DNA of 64,000 nucleotides from Octopus bimaculoides (lineage: Eukaryota): assembly GCF_001194135.2 (NCBI RefSeq), contig NC_068986.1, positions 9,895,234-9,959,233 of the forward strand, written 5' to 3'. The notes under the pieces were generated by a model. It was not told where the DNA came from, ran no database searches, and saw only the letters and a list, made by a program, of their open reading frames with translations. How positions within the stretch are numbered: position 1 is the first letter of the stretch; each line of letters starts with the position of its first letter. This document shows positions 26,255 through 38,417 of the stretch, in pieces. A program made the position numbers and the translations under genes.

Positions 26255-28320
26255 TCATCATCATCATCGTTTAACGTCCGCTTTCCATGCTAGCATAGGT
26301 TGGATGATTTGACTGAGGACTGGCGGACCAGATGGCTGCACCAGGCTCCAATCTGATCTGGAAGAGTTTCTACAGCTGGATGCCCTTCTTAACACCAACC
26401 ACTCTGAGTGTAGTGGGTGCTTTTTATGTGCCACTGGCACAGGGGCCAGAGGAGGCTGGCAACGGCCACGATCGGTTGGTGCTTTTTACGTGCCACCGGT
26501 ACGGAAGCCAGTCAAGGCGGTGCAGGCATTGGCCACGTTTGGATGGTGCTTTTTACATGCCACCGGCACGGGTATCACAACTACAATTTCCATTTGATGT
26601 TGATGTACTTGACTCAATAGGTCTCCTCAAGCACAGCAGGTCGTCCTATGAACCAAGGTACTTTTGAATGGGCTGGGCTGGTTATGTGAAACTGGTGTAG
26701 GATACAGCCGTGAACTCACTTTATTTGTCGGGTCTTCGCAGTCACAGCATATTTCCAGAGGTCTCAGTCTCTTGTCATTGCCTCTGTGAGGCCCAACAGT
26801 CAAAGGTCGTGCTTCACCACCTCATCCCATGTTTTCCTGTGTCTCCCCCTTCCATGGATTCCTACCACTGTTTAAGAGTGGCACTTCTTCATACAGCTCT
26901 CCTCATCCATCCGTAGTACATGACCATACCAATGCAAACGTCTCTTTTGCACACCACATTCAATGCTTCTTATGTCCAGCATTTCTCTCAGGGCGCTTAC
27001 ACTCTGTCGTGCGCACACTGACATTACACATCTAGCGGATCATGCTAGCTTCATTTCTTTCGAGCTTACGTCTTCAGCAGTCACAGCCCATGTTTCACTG
27101 CTGTGAAGCATGGCAGTTCGCACACATGCATCGTACAATCTGCTTTTCACTCTGAGCAAGAGGCCCTTTGTCACCAGTAGGGATAGAAGCTTTCTAAACT
27201 TTGCCCAGGCTATTCTTATTCTAGTAGTAACACTCTCTGAGCATCCACCCCCACTACTAACTTGGTCAACTAGGTAGCGGAATCTATCAACTACTTCTAG
27301 TTTTTCCCCCAGGAGTGTGATGGAATCTATTTTCTGAGCATCTGTGGTGATTATTGCCCCTGTGCATCTGCCGCACACGTAAGATATCTTCTCGGTTAAT
27401 CTTCCTTTGATGCTGCTGCACCTCTTATGTGTCCATAGCTTACACTGGGTACATCTTATGCAGTTTCTACCTACACCTTTTCTACAGATCGAGCAGGGCC
27501 ACCTACCTGAGGGGTTATGTGATGAGTTCACCTTCCTACTTACTAGAACTTTGGTCTTCGCTACATTGACTCTAGGGCCTTTCGATTCTAAACCTTGCTT
27601 CCATACCTGAAATTTCTTCTCTAGTTCTGGTAGTGATTCTGCTATGAGGGCCAGGTCATCAGCATAGAGGAGCTCCCAGGGGCAACCCATCTTGAATTCC
27701 TCTGTTATTGCCTGGAGGACTATGATGAATAAAAGGGGACTGAGGGCTGATACTTGGTGGACCCCTATTTCTACCTGGAATTCTTCACTATACTCATTGC
27801 TAATCCTAACCCTCTGTATAGGGCCTGTACAGCCCTTATTAACCATTCGTCAATCTCCAGTTTCCACATCGCCCACCACATAAGGGATCGGGGGACCCTG
27901 TCAAAGGCTTTCTCCAAATCCACAAAAGCTATGTATAGGGGTTTATCTTTGGCTAGGTATTTCTCCTGCAGTTGCTGCACCAGGAATATAGCAGCAGTGG
28001 TGCTTCTACCTGGCACAAAACCGAACTGCATCTCATCTAAGCAGACTCTCTCCTTAATGAGGTGGGCTATGACCCTCTCCATGACCTTCATCACCTGATC
28101 CAGCAGTTTGATACCCCTTTAGTTATTTCTATCTAGAGCATCACCTTTACCCTTGTAGCAGTTGACTATGGTGCTGCTATGCCAGTCATTGGGTATGACT
28201 CAATCATGAACTCCCTGGTTTACAATGCAGGTGACTAGGCCATAGCCCACACCACCAGATGTTTTTAGCATGTCAGCAGTGATTCCTGATGGGCTGGGGG
28301 GCTTTTGCTGGCTTCATACC
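26255..28320 (-). mobile_element. 5'-truncated RTE-clade LINE (RT domain, PHD finger, C-terminus, 3' UTR, (GAT)n tail)
   Basis: QFGFVPGRSTTAAIF, FVDLEKAFDRVPR, GVHQVSALSPLLF, LLYADDL, NVAKTKV and a KTWDEVVKHDL-like C-terminus. Frameshift near 27850; (CAT)n on + at 26255. Confidence 0.93.
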
Positions 28321-29590
28321 CTTCATCCATTTTTTTAAGATGAGAGATTTAGCTTCTTTTTCTAATAGGTCAAGTGGTTAATATAGAGGTTTTCCCAAGG
28401 CCAACCTGATGTTAAGTAACAAAATTATGCAGTTTCTCTCTCACCAACACTTCACATCATTTCCCCATTTCTCTACATTTTTATTACAGTTACTCTCCAC
28501 TTCCACCAATCATCTTCTCCTCTCTGACTCACTTCCTATTGTTTCTTTACCTACCAGCCCTAAACCGAGATTCATTATTGACCACACCCCCACCCCTTTC
28601 TAACCATTTGTTACTCTTCTTTCACACTTACCCAAACCTATCCACCCAGCAATCCTTGATTCCCTGTCCCTCTTCTCTTTCTATCCACCTTGTTGTATCC
28701 TGACAGCACACCAACATGCTTTCTCCCTTTCCTGCTGGGGCAGCTATGTATCCCCATTACAGCAAGGCCTGTCGGCTTGTCCCTCTATCATACTTTAAGC
28801 TCTCAATTACCTGCTACAAAGCCACCTCCCTCATTCAACGGGTTTTTTTCTTGCAAGTTACTTAGCACCCTCACTAGTGCTGGTGCAATGGAGAAAAAAA
28901 AAAAGAAAAAAAGCTGCCAAGACATTCTGTAAAGTGGTTGGTGTTAGGAAAGGCATTCAACCATAGAAATCCTGCCAAAGTTGACAGTGACGCTTGAAGG
29001 ATCCTGTGGAACCATTCAACCATTGCTGACATGGAAGACATGCTAAATGATGATGATGATGAATTCAATCAGAAACCTGCCAGTGTATCAACAAGACTAG
29101 TCCAGAGCACAGAGCAAAGGATGACTTAAGAAGCAGTCAGATGAAATACAAGTCACAGACCCTAGACATAGACAAAGTGACCATACTACAAACTTATCCA
29201 TCCATTCTCTCTGCCCCCAGTTTCAGGCATCTCCTCCATAGGGTCCTACCAGAAACAACCACTATTTCACTTTCCAGCTGGATTTCCAAACTTAACCAAC
29301 TGAAACTAGAGATACTCAACCATCTCATTCTTCATCTCTACCCTTACGTTTTCTACTGGTTGGCTTAGCTTAATCCATTTTGTGGTCCTTTCCTGAGACA
29401 TTCTAATTACATTTCAACAAAAGCTGTGATCTCTCAATGCAGAGAAGTAGCAGGTCAACTTGGAGAGTCCATTTGACATATGGAAAACCAATGATGATGA
29501 TGATGATGATAGTGAGGGTGACAAGTTAGAAATACTTCAAGTCCTGTTGTATCAATATTTTTAAATAGTTGATAGGAAGCCCTAGTATAC

Positions 29591-29747
29591 CTGTCCAGCT
29601 GCTGCAGCGGGGAAAAGAGGTTTTGCTGGTGCATTCTGTGTTGAAGTTATAGACTGTGAGGAAATTGGAGGTCTTGACACTTGAGGCATTATTCCTCGTG
29701 GAGGAACAGCCATTGTGGGAATACCAGGACCATTGTTTGGATGCATT
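29591..29747 (-). CDS. ZNF207: ZNF207 coding exon 6
   Basis: ccttctttgcag|A ATG CAT...GGA CAG|gtatac; 157 nt, phase 2-0. Encodes MHPNNGPGIPTMAVPPRG...AKPLFPAAAAGQ (KPLFPxAGQ motif). Confidence 0.92.
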
Positions 29748-30133
29748 CTGCAAAGAAGGAATACAACAAAATTGAATAAAGAATTCTTTAAATATACTTT
29801 ATAAAAATGTTTTTATGAGAGACAAAGTTAAAAACTGACACATTAAACATCTTTCTTTATTTTTGTTTCCTTCTTTAAAACCTAATCACTTAAGTCTTTG
29901 ATTGCACGAGATCAGGTGATGATTGAAATATTGATTCATTCTGAGGAGAACTTGAGAACCATTTACTTACAGCTGATATCTTAAAAGTGTATTTACCATT
30001 CCTCATAATTCCTTTATTGGTTTCTATATTTAGTTGACATGAACATTGGAAATATTGAGACATCACAAGATGTTTTACAATTGTTATTAGTAATTATTGG
30101 TATGAATAAAGCAGAGATGAAATTAAGACTTAC

Positions 30134-30161
30134 CCCATTTGTGCTATTGGTCCCATAGGGC
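30134..30161 (-). CDS. ZNF207: ZNF207 coding exon 5 (28-nt micro-exon)
   Basis: ctctttttttttgcag|GC CCT ATG GGA CCA ATA GCA CAA ATG GG|gtaagt; phase 1-2, required to restore the frame between exons 4 and 6. Confidence 0.9.
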
Positions 30162-31192
30162 CTGCAAAAAAAAGAGAAAAATAATAATAAAAGCTGTTGT
30201 TTAACCTGAAGTCAATCCTAATCAACCAGTTGTAGAATTTGTGTTTTTTAGTTAAGTCTTTGCTATTATTATCCATATGTGAATTAGTCAATGAAACGAG
30301 GATTCCCCCATTTCTTTCAATATCTAGTTACTAAGGCCACATGTAATTTTCATTTCATTTTCAGCCAGACTCTCATTGCTGTTGCAAAAATCCTTATGAG
30401 ATAAATTCAACGATTAAAAGAGGTACATGCATATTAATTAAGTTTTAAAATATTTTAATAAGAATAATTATTAAATACTACAGCTTTCTTTCTGTGCCCG
30501 AACTAGCTATACTGTGCATAAGCTTAGCCTTACACAAGGGCTGCCCAATGTGCATTTTTGCACACACGTTACACCCACTCACCCTTCTCCACCATTTTAA
30601 CTCGGTGATTCATACGTCACGTGTGCTGTTTATGTGAATACATATATTTTGAGCATACCCTTATTCCCCCTCCTTACAGCCCTCATACAAGTGCCCTGAT
30701 GTCATACAGTTGAATATTTACACACATAATACTTAAGCTGCTCTATGTAACCACCCTATTCTCATATCCACTTGTTCACTCTTGCTTAGGATGTTGGACG
30801 AAGTGCGGTGCGGGGTGGGAGACTGGTGTCTTCTGCTAAAGCCTTGTGAGAGGATTTGGTAGACGGAAACTGAAAGAAGCATGCCCCCAGCCAATCTTGG
30901 TATGTTTATATCCCTGTAACTTAGTGGTTGGCAAAAGAGGCTGATACAATAAGTACTAGGTTTACAAAGAGTAAGTCCTGGGGTTGATTTGTTCAACTGA
31001 AGGTGGTGCTCCAGCATGGCTGCAGTGAAATGACTAAAAGAATATGTGTATATATATATATATATATATATTTTGTTTCAGTCATTAGATTGTGGCCATG
31101 TTGAAGCACCACCTTGAAGAATTCTCAGTGGAATGAATTCACTGCAATGCATTGCAGAGAATTCATTCCACACTTGAATGGAAGAAACTTAC

Positions 31193-31411
31193 CAACAGGA
31201 GGCATTGGTGCCATTGGACCGATTGGTCCTATTGGCCCTAATGGCCCAGCTGGTCCCGGTCCTGGAGGAAGAGGAGGCATACTAGGAGCCCCTGGTGGAA
31301 CAAAAGGTGGCATTGCAGCAACTGGTACCTGACCTCCATTGAAGTAAGTGTTGTTAGCGGGGCAACTGTTGCTGTCTTCATCACTGTCTGCTTGCGGCTG
31401 CCGATTATCTC
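31193..31411 (-). CDS. ZNF207: ZNF207 coding exon 4 (acidic plus Pro/Gly-rich region)
   Basis: ttctgtttgccag|GAGAT...CCT GTT G|gtaagt; 219 nt, phase 1-1. Encodes GDNRQPQADSDEDS...PPGPGPAGPLGPIGPIGPMAPMPPV. Confidence 0.93.
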
Positions 31412-32329
31412 CTGGCAAACAGAAGAAAAGAAAATCATTTAATAAAAAAAAACAAAAAAAAAACAATTTTAACAACTTTGAAGACTTGGAAAGAACCTTC
31501 CAGTATCACCCAAGGACACTAATGCCTTAGGATTCAAAATGGACAATGTGAAAATATTTAGATCTAAATTTTAATTTTCCAGCATAACTTTAAGAATTAG
31601 AAATACAAAAGTATGTCCCAAACACTCAAAAACGAGCATCTATTTTACTAAATCTCAAAAAAATTCATTATTTCAAAAATTTATTGGAGCTTCAAGGAAG
31701 TGTGTCTATCATTAGAAACACAAAAAGGAAAGAATAACTGGAAAGAAATGAAGAATCTCTGTTGAAGAATTATCGGAGAGTCTAAGAGCTACACTCAAAC
31801 AGGAAGAGACAAACTGAGCAAAATATAGGATAAAGGGGTCTCTCTCAATTCAGTATGAAAAGACCCTTTCCAAAGATCTGAATGCCAAACCAGTGAGCAG
31901 AAAGTGAACCAGATTTCATCTTTGCATCAAATCATATCAACACTAAGAACCCCAACAATATTCCAGCCAAAGATAAGTGGTGAGAGTGGCCAGGATTGTT
32001 CTCATGCCAGACATAATGCTTTGTGGCATTTCATCTGCCTTTAATGTTCTGAGTTCAAATTCCACCAAGGTTGACTTTGCCATTCATCCTTTTGGGGGAG
32101 AGGNNNNNNNNNNNNNNNNNNNNNNNNNGTCGATAAAATAAACACCAGTTGAACACTGGGTTGATGCAATCAGTTTACCTCCTGCACCCTGAAATTGCTG
32201 GCCTTGTGCCAAAATTTGAAACCAATGTTACAGTTAAAGGTAGACAATCACACACACACACACACACATTATTGATGTCAGAGCGCATTATTAAAAAGAA
32301 AGAACACAATTGAATGTGATGCACTACAA

Positions 32330-32578
32330 CAATGGTTCCCAACCTGTGGCCCGTAAAGGTAGTACTGGGGGGTAGGGGGGTCAGTGAACTAAGCTTAAAA
32401 TTTCATATCTACATATCTCTCTCTATAGTGGTTGGCGTTAGGAAGGGCATCCAGCTGTAGAAACTCTGCCAAATCAGATCGGAGCCTGGTGTTGCCATCC
32501 AGTTTCACCAGTCCTCAGTCAAATCGTCCAACCCATGCTAGCATGGAAAGCGGACGTTAAACGATGGTGATGATGATG

Positions 32579-32613
<35 letters not shown>

Positions 32614-32705
32614 TCCACATAAAGATAAGCATATTAAAAGGAGTCCGTGGGAAGATTCATTTAAATAAAAGGGGTCCTTGGTCGTGAAAAGGTTGGGAAC
32701 CACTG
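32330..32705. mobile_element. hAT (Charlie/MER5-like) MITE interrupted by an RTE 3' tail and microsatellite
   Basis: Termini CAATGGTTCCCAACC ... GGTTGGGAACCACTG; the RTE tail sits at 32430-32580. Confidence 0.7.
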
Positions 32706-35487
32706 CATGTGAAATTGGGGTTCTCAAAACTGCTTTTACTGCCTCATGATTGTCAGGGCAGTGGAGCTGGCAAAATTGTCCCCATGTTGGATGAAATGCA
32801 TTTTTTTCTCTTTAAATTCTGAGTATAAATGTCACCGAGGTTGATTCTGCCTTTGACCCTTTCAGGGTTGATAAAATAAAGTACCAGGCAAGTACTGGGG
32901 TCAGTGTAATCAACCTGTGCTCGTCACCTTTAAATTGCTGGCCTTGTGCCAATATTAGAAAAGATTAGTATCATTTCTACAGCTTTTTACATTTGAAACA
33001 AATAACAGTTTCCCATTCAGTGACTGAATCGGAAGGATTTTCAAACAAAATGAAGCAATAAGACGACTAATATAAGCCATGTGCTGGGTGGAGGGCTTCC
33101 CTTTAGTTTCTGATTGTGATGGCAAGAATGAAGTCATTGCAGTGGAAATTTAACCTTTTACCATCCACATTACTCAGTTATTAAAATGAACTGCCTATTT
33201 ATTCGAGTCTAGGACATTTACCTCACCATGGACAATACTGTTGAGGACAACAGATGATTTAAAACTTAATATATTGGAGAGGGGGTAATTGTCCTAGGGG
33301 GTAGTTGTTGTCGGTGGGGAATTATAAGAGGGGCAATTATCCTGATACGTACTTATTTACATTGTTTTGAATTATTAATCATGTATTCTTTTCTACTCTA
33401 GGCACAAGGCCCAAAATTTTGGGTCCTTGATTAGATCAACCCCAGTATGCAACTGGTACTTAATTTATTGACTCCGAAAGATTGACAGGTAAAGTTGAAC
33501 TCGGTGGAATTTGAACTTGACCGAGACCTTTGGAAATGTGCTGACTACTGACCGAAACCTTTGGAAATGTGCTGTGCGTGAGAGGACCCGGCAAGCCAAG
33601 TAAGATCGTTGCCAGTGCCCCTGGACTGGCTCTTGTGCGGGTGGCACATGAGATGCACCATTTTGAGCGTGGCCGTTGCCAGTACCGCCTGACTGGCTCC
33701 CGTAGGATTTTCGAGTGAGATCGTTGCCAGTGCCCCTGGACTGGCTTGTGCGGGTGGCACATAAAAGACACCATTTCGAGCGTGGCCGTTTTCGTGCGGG
33801 TGACACGTAAAAGCACCCACTACACTCTCTGAGTGGTTGGCGTTAGGAAGGGCATCCAGCTGTAGAAACTCTGCCAAATTTAGATTGGAGCCTGGTGTTG
33901 CCATCCGGTTTCACCAGTCCTCAGTCAAATCGTCCAACCCATGCTAGCATGGAAAGCGGACGTTAAACTATGTTGATGATGATGATGATGAATGTAAAGA
34001 CAGACGAAATACCGCTAAGCGTTTCGCCCACCTTTTCTAACATTTCTGCCAGTTTGTCACCTTATTAATCATGTATTATCTTGTAGCAAAGAGATTTCAA
34101 TTATGTGAAGGTTTATTTTTAGAATGACATTGTAGTGTAGGTATGAAAGGCCAGATGTGGCCAGTTTAAACATAAAACAGGCAGAATATTTGGGCCAGTT
34201 TTAATGCTAAAGGGTTAAAAAAAATATATAATTGATTCTCTTCGTCAGAGGGAAAAAGAAAAGAAATCCCCAGGTTTCCTCAAGATGCAAAAGCATTTGA
34301 TTACAATAATTAAGGAAACAAATTGTCATGCAAAATATAAATAAATATATAGACAAACTGCAATCTTGTATAGACCTGGATGGAATTTAAACTTTATAGC
34401 AATAACAACAATAATAGGCATTGGGAAATTAATCAGGATCACTAATTAACAGAACAACGAGATCTTTTCTGTTTGGCTGCCACTTTTCAATTTCTTCAAT
34501 TTCCATTTGATTTCAAATTTGGGGTATTGATGTAGTTTTGTATGCTAATTATTGACATGAAATTCATTTTCTCCATAAATCAATAAACAAAGAGTTAATA
34601 GCTTTTAAAGTTTGCAAATTTTGGGTCATTTTAGCCAATTGAAAGCCACAGACATAGGTGCCTGTTTCCATAGTAACAAACCAAGTGTCGGAACTCTTGT
34701 TTACAAAAAACCAGGTGTGTTTACAAACTGGATATTTTAAAGTGGTGTTTTCCTGTTGTATACATCTGTTGCTGTTTGGGGATATTTTATGTTGCATTTT
34801 CTATACCCACCTTTTCAATGCTTAAAACACGCATTATCATCCAAATGTTGACATTATTTTGTCGTCTTACAATTGCAGTCATGCACAAAATGACAGCTTC
34901 CAAATCATGTTTTCCGACTGGGTAAAGATGATCAAACTCTAAACCTCAGTAACTTTCTAAAAAAATTTTCTGGAACAAGTGAATTATCTCCTGAGATTCA
35001 GCATGAAAAATTACATCAATACACCAGATTTTGATGTATAGCACCTTAATCCTCGTCAGCGACTCTTAACACCTAGGGTTAAACTCAACCACCTCTGTCA
35101 ATCTTATAAGAAAAACAATTCAAAACCTGTGCTGATTTTTAAAGCTGTAAAAATGTAAACAACAAATAAAAAAAAGTGGGGGAGGAGCTTATTAGCAATT
35201 TGAACCTAAAGACAAAATTAGTAGAGGTCACAAACATGGAGGGTACTGACCAGCACCAGCTATTGCCAGAAACAAGAGTTAAAGTAACCCAAAAGCCACA
35301 AAGCAATGAACATAATGACTGACAAAGGGAGGTAAGTCCCCAGCATATATAGCTGGATCAAATGATTTCGGATTTTGATGCAGCCAAACAATAGATAAAT
35401 CCTTCAGGGACTAGAAATCTCCAAGAAATCAACGCATAAAAGAACATAACAATTGTCATATAAGACAAGACTTCTCAACACTGAACC

Positions 35488-35816
35488 AAGTTATTTACAT
35501 TATTTACGTTTGACGGATATTTGTTCTCATCTTGTTTGTTGTTAACACAACGTTTCAGCTGATATACCCTCCAACCTTCTTGAGGTGTCTTGGGGAAATT
35601 TCGAACTTGGGTTCTCATTCCTAAGGTATTTTTCGATATTATTATTATTATTATTATTATTATTATCATTCAGGTCACTGTTTGGAATCGAACTCAGTAT
35701 TTTGGGGTTAGTAGCCCACGCTCTTTACTATGTCATATGCCTGTGGGTATATCTGTTGAATGTAAATAATGTACATAATTCCTCATCTCTTAAATACAAA
35801 ACTGTACTGAACCAAG
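35488..35816 (-). mobile_element. tRNA-headed SINE with hammerhead tail (core mutated) plus an inverted tail fragment at its 5' end
   Basis: On the minus strand: head ending ..GAGTTCGATTCC.. (about 35747-35675), (AAT)n, then GACAC CTCAAGA A GGTTG..CAGCT GAAA CGTT GTGTT (35589-35544). Plus strand 35748-35816 is the family tail in inverted orientation. Confidence 0.85.
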
Positions 35817-37261
35817 TACATTTCACTTCCATTACCAACCAAATAGAGAAAAAGAAAAATGACTATCCATTAGTAAAGGGAATGGTGGTGGTAATGTTTC
35901 TGGCAATGTATATCAAGCAAACCCACAAGATTGAGGAATTAAAGTATAGAAGATTTATAAGGGAAACACTGGGTGTTCTGAGTTTAATTGGTATACAACA
36001 ACTGGTGCAAGTCATCATGGCCTAGGATAGCATGTGGTCAAGCTGGATATTACTTTTCGACTGAGATTTCAGTTTGGTCAAACTTAGAGTAGATTTTAGA
36101 AGCCATGGTAACATGGCATCATGCACATGCAAAACGGAAGAGACTGCAAAATTGGAAATGCGAAATAATGCAGCAGCGATACAAAAGTAATTTGCTTGTG
36201 ACTACAGAGTAAATATACACAAAAATGGTTTAGGCATTTTAAAAAAAATCTTCTTTACCAAAAGTAATGCAGCCCCCTGTAATTGTTCTCAGATGTTGCA
36301 ATGTAACCGAGGGAAGAGTAAAACCTCCAAAAATAACAGTTGAGGGGAAAAACAAAAGCCTGTCAGAGGGATATCGGTCTGAATTTAGCCAACCGTCCGC
36401 TTAACATTTGTATTTGTACGGATTAAATGGTTCGACAGTATCTGATGGGTCTGAGGACAACATCATACTCCAGTGTCTTTCACATGGTTTCTATGGCTGG
36501 ATGCCTTTCCTAATGCCAACCACTTTACAGAGTGTGGACTGGGTGTTGTTTTCATGCCACCAGCACTAGCAAAGTTGCCTTGCAGACTGCAAGACTGTGG
36601 ACCCCAAGAGAGAGGCAGCTTTATGCTAAGAGATGAAAGAAGTTAAAAGTATGAGAGAAAGGGTTAAAGCAGCAGAACAGGTTTGTTGCTGTAGACAGGC
36701 CATATGGCTATTCGTATTTTAGAGGAGATGGTGAGGGAAGGGAGGATCAGAATAGAAGTAGGAAGAGATAGAAATTGCGAGGGTGTGTCTGGGTGGACCC
36801 TCAAGGTACAAGGTGAGCAGAAGTGANNNNNNNNNNAAGAACTGAGCATGGATGAGTAGAAGTTGCAAGAGTGAGTGGTGAGGAACATAATAAAGTACAA
36901 ATGTTGAGGGGAGGGGTGAAGGGAATGGTGGATATGAGGTGGGGGGGATGTCCAATGAGGCATGGGGTGAGGGTGTAAAACAGCAGAAAACAATGATACA
37001 TAAGAGAGAGGCATTGTGCTTGGTGAATGGTGGTAGAGAAGAGCTAAAATGTTTGGTGGCCGAGGAGCAACGCTATTCTATGAATTCCATTTGTATTGAC
37101 AGGACTCAATTGTAAAACATTCTGACAAACAAAATATCATTTTATATTAGCAATATTAGAAATACTTGAAAGATATCAATTATCTAAAAGTGGATTATCT
37201 CATAATTAGTATTGAATTCATTAAGAATAATGGGAAAAGAAAAAAAACTGTGGTGAGGTAC

Positions 37262-37394
37262 CTTTTCCAAGTTTGTGTTTTTCATGTTCTTTCATATCTT
37301 CTTCAGGAATTCCTTCCATTCCATAGATTTCTATTTCTATGTTATTCCGACCAGGTAATGCATTGGGAACTTTATCAACTTTTTCCTTATGAAC
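37262..37394 (-). CDS. ZNF207: ZNF207 coding exon 3
   Basis: tttttttctag|GTT CAT AAG...GGA AAA G|gtacct; 133 nt, phase 0-1. Encodes [44 protein letters not shown]. Confidence 0.96.
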
Positions 37395-38270
37395 CTAGAA
37401 AAAAAGGTTTTTTTGTAAATATTTAGCATTTTATTTAAGGACAAGCTGATGACAAAAATGTTGAAATGAAAAAACTAGTATCAGAGAAATTTCAAAAGAA
37501 TATCTCATGGAACTCTCACTTTCCATTCTGTTCCCATCTACCAAATACACTGACAAGGCTTTGGTTGGCCCAAGGCCATTGTAGAAGACATTTGCTCAAG
37601 GTGCCGTGCAGTGGGATTGAGCCTGGAACCACATGGTTGGGAAGCAAGCTTCTTACCACATAGTCATGTCTGCACCTATATATTTCTTCATTCTAACCTA
37701 AATTAATCTTTACAAAACTTTATATAATTTAAAGAAGTAATTCAAAAATGGACATGGTAAATTTCTCTTCTACGATAGAATTTAAATTCTATATAAATTA
37801 TTATTTACTAGACATTTCTAATCATTAGAAATAAAGCTGCAGATTAGTTTGATAAAGATCATCCCTTTCTAAGCTATTGACTAAATCAAACTCGGCTACA
37901 AGACACAAGTGCTGCACAACTGTGCCAACCAATAATCAACAGGAGATGTTTCTATGTCACTGTGACATGACTCAAGAAATTATTGAACATGAAATCAATA
38001 ATCAATATTGAAACAGTCTTGTATGGTGTGTGTGTGTTAGCAAACAACAGGGGGGGTAGATATGATGTTAAAAGCAGAGCATGTTGCTGCAAACCAAGCT
38101 TATCAAGTCTACCATGCTCTTAATGAATTTAAGGGTACTGGTAAAATCCAACAGATATGATCAATAGGTCTGGCCCCTGGAGGAATTTAATAGACTAAAT
38201 CTCAAATGGGGATTCAAATAACAAATAATTAAAAAAGGGAAATTAATTTTAATTGAAAGCAATCACTTAC

Positions 38271-38397
38271 TTGCATACAATGTATCGATAAACCAGGCCC
38301 CGTGTAAAGTTTCTTGTGACATATATGGCATTTGAAGTGCTTTGCTTTTTGATGTTGTATGAGAATCTTTTCATCATCAAATTCTCTGTTGCAGTAC
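38271..38397 (-). CDS. ZNF207: ZNF207 coding exon 2 (C2H2 zinc fingers)
   Basis: 127 nt, phase 2-0. Encodes [42 protein letters not shown], then |gtaagt. Confidence 0.98.
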
Positions 38398-38417
38398 CTG
38401 AGTTAGATTTAAGGAAA
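38398..38417 (-). other. U12-type branch point and 3' splice site of ZNF207 intron 1
   Basis: TTTCCTTAAATCTAACTCAG|: a TTCCTTAAC-like branch sequence about 12 nt from the AG, with no polypyrimidine tract. Confidence 0.85.

Noticed and set aside
30655-30695. Possible small exon in ZNF207 intron 4 (catcag|...|gtatgc)
   Set aside because: Acceptor lacks a pyrimidine tract, and the gene model is complete without it.
33460-33904. Overlapping 113-119 aa ORFs (also 26332-26667, 24941-25213, 2530-2814)
   Set aside because: Spurious frames through the internally repetitive RTE 3' UTR.
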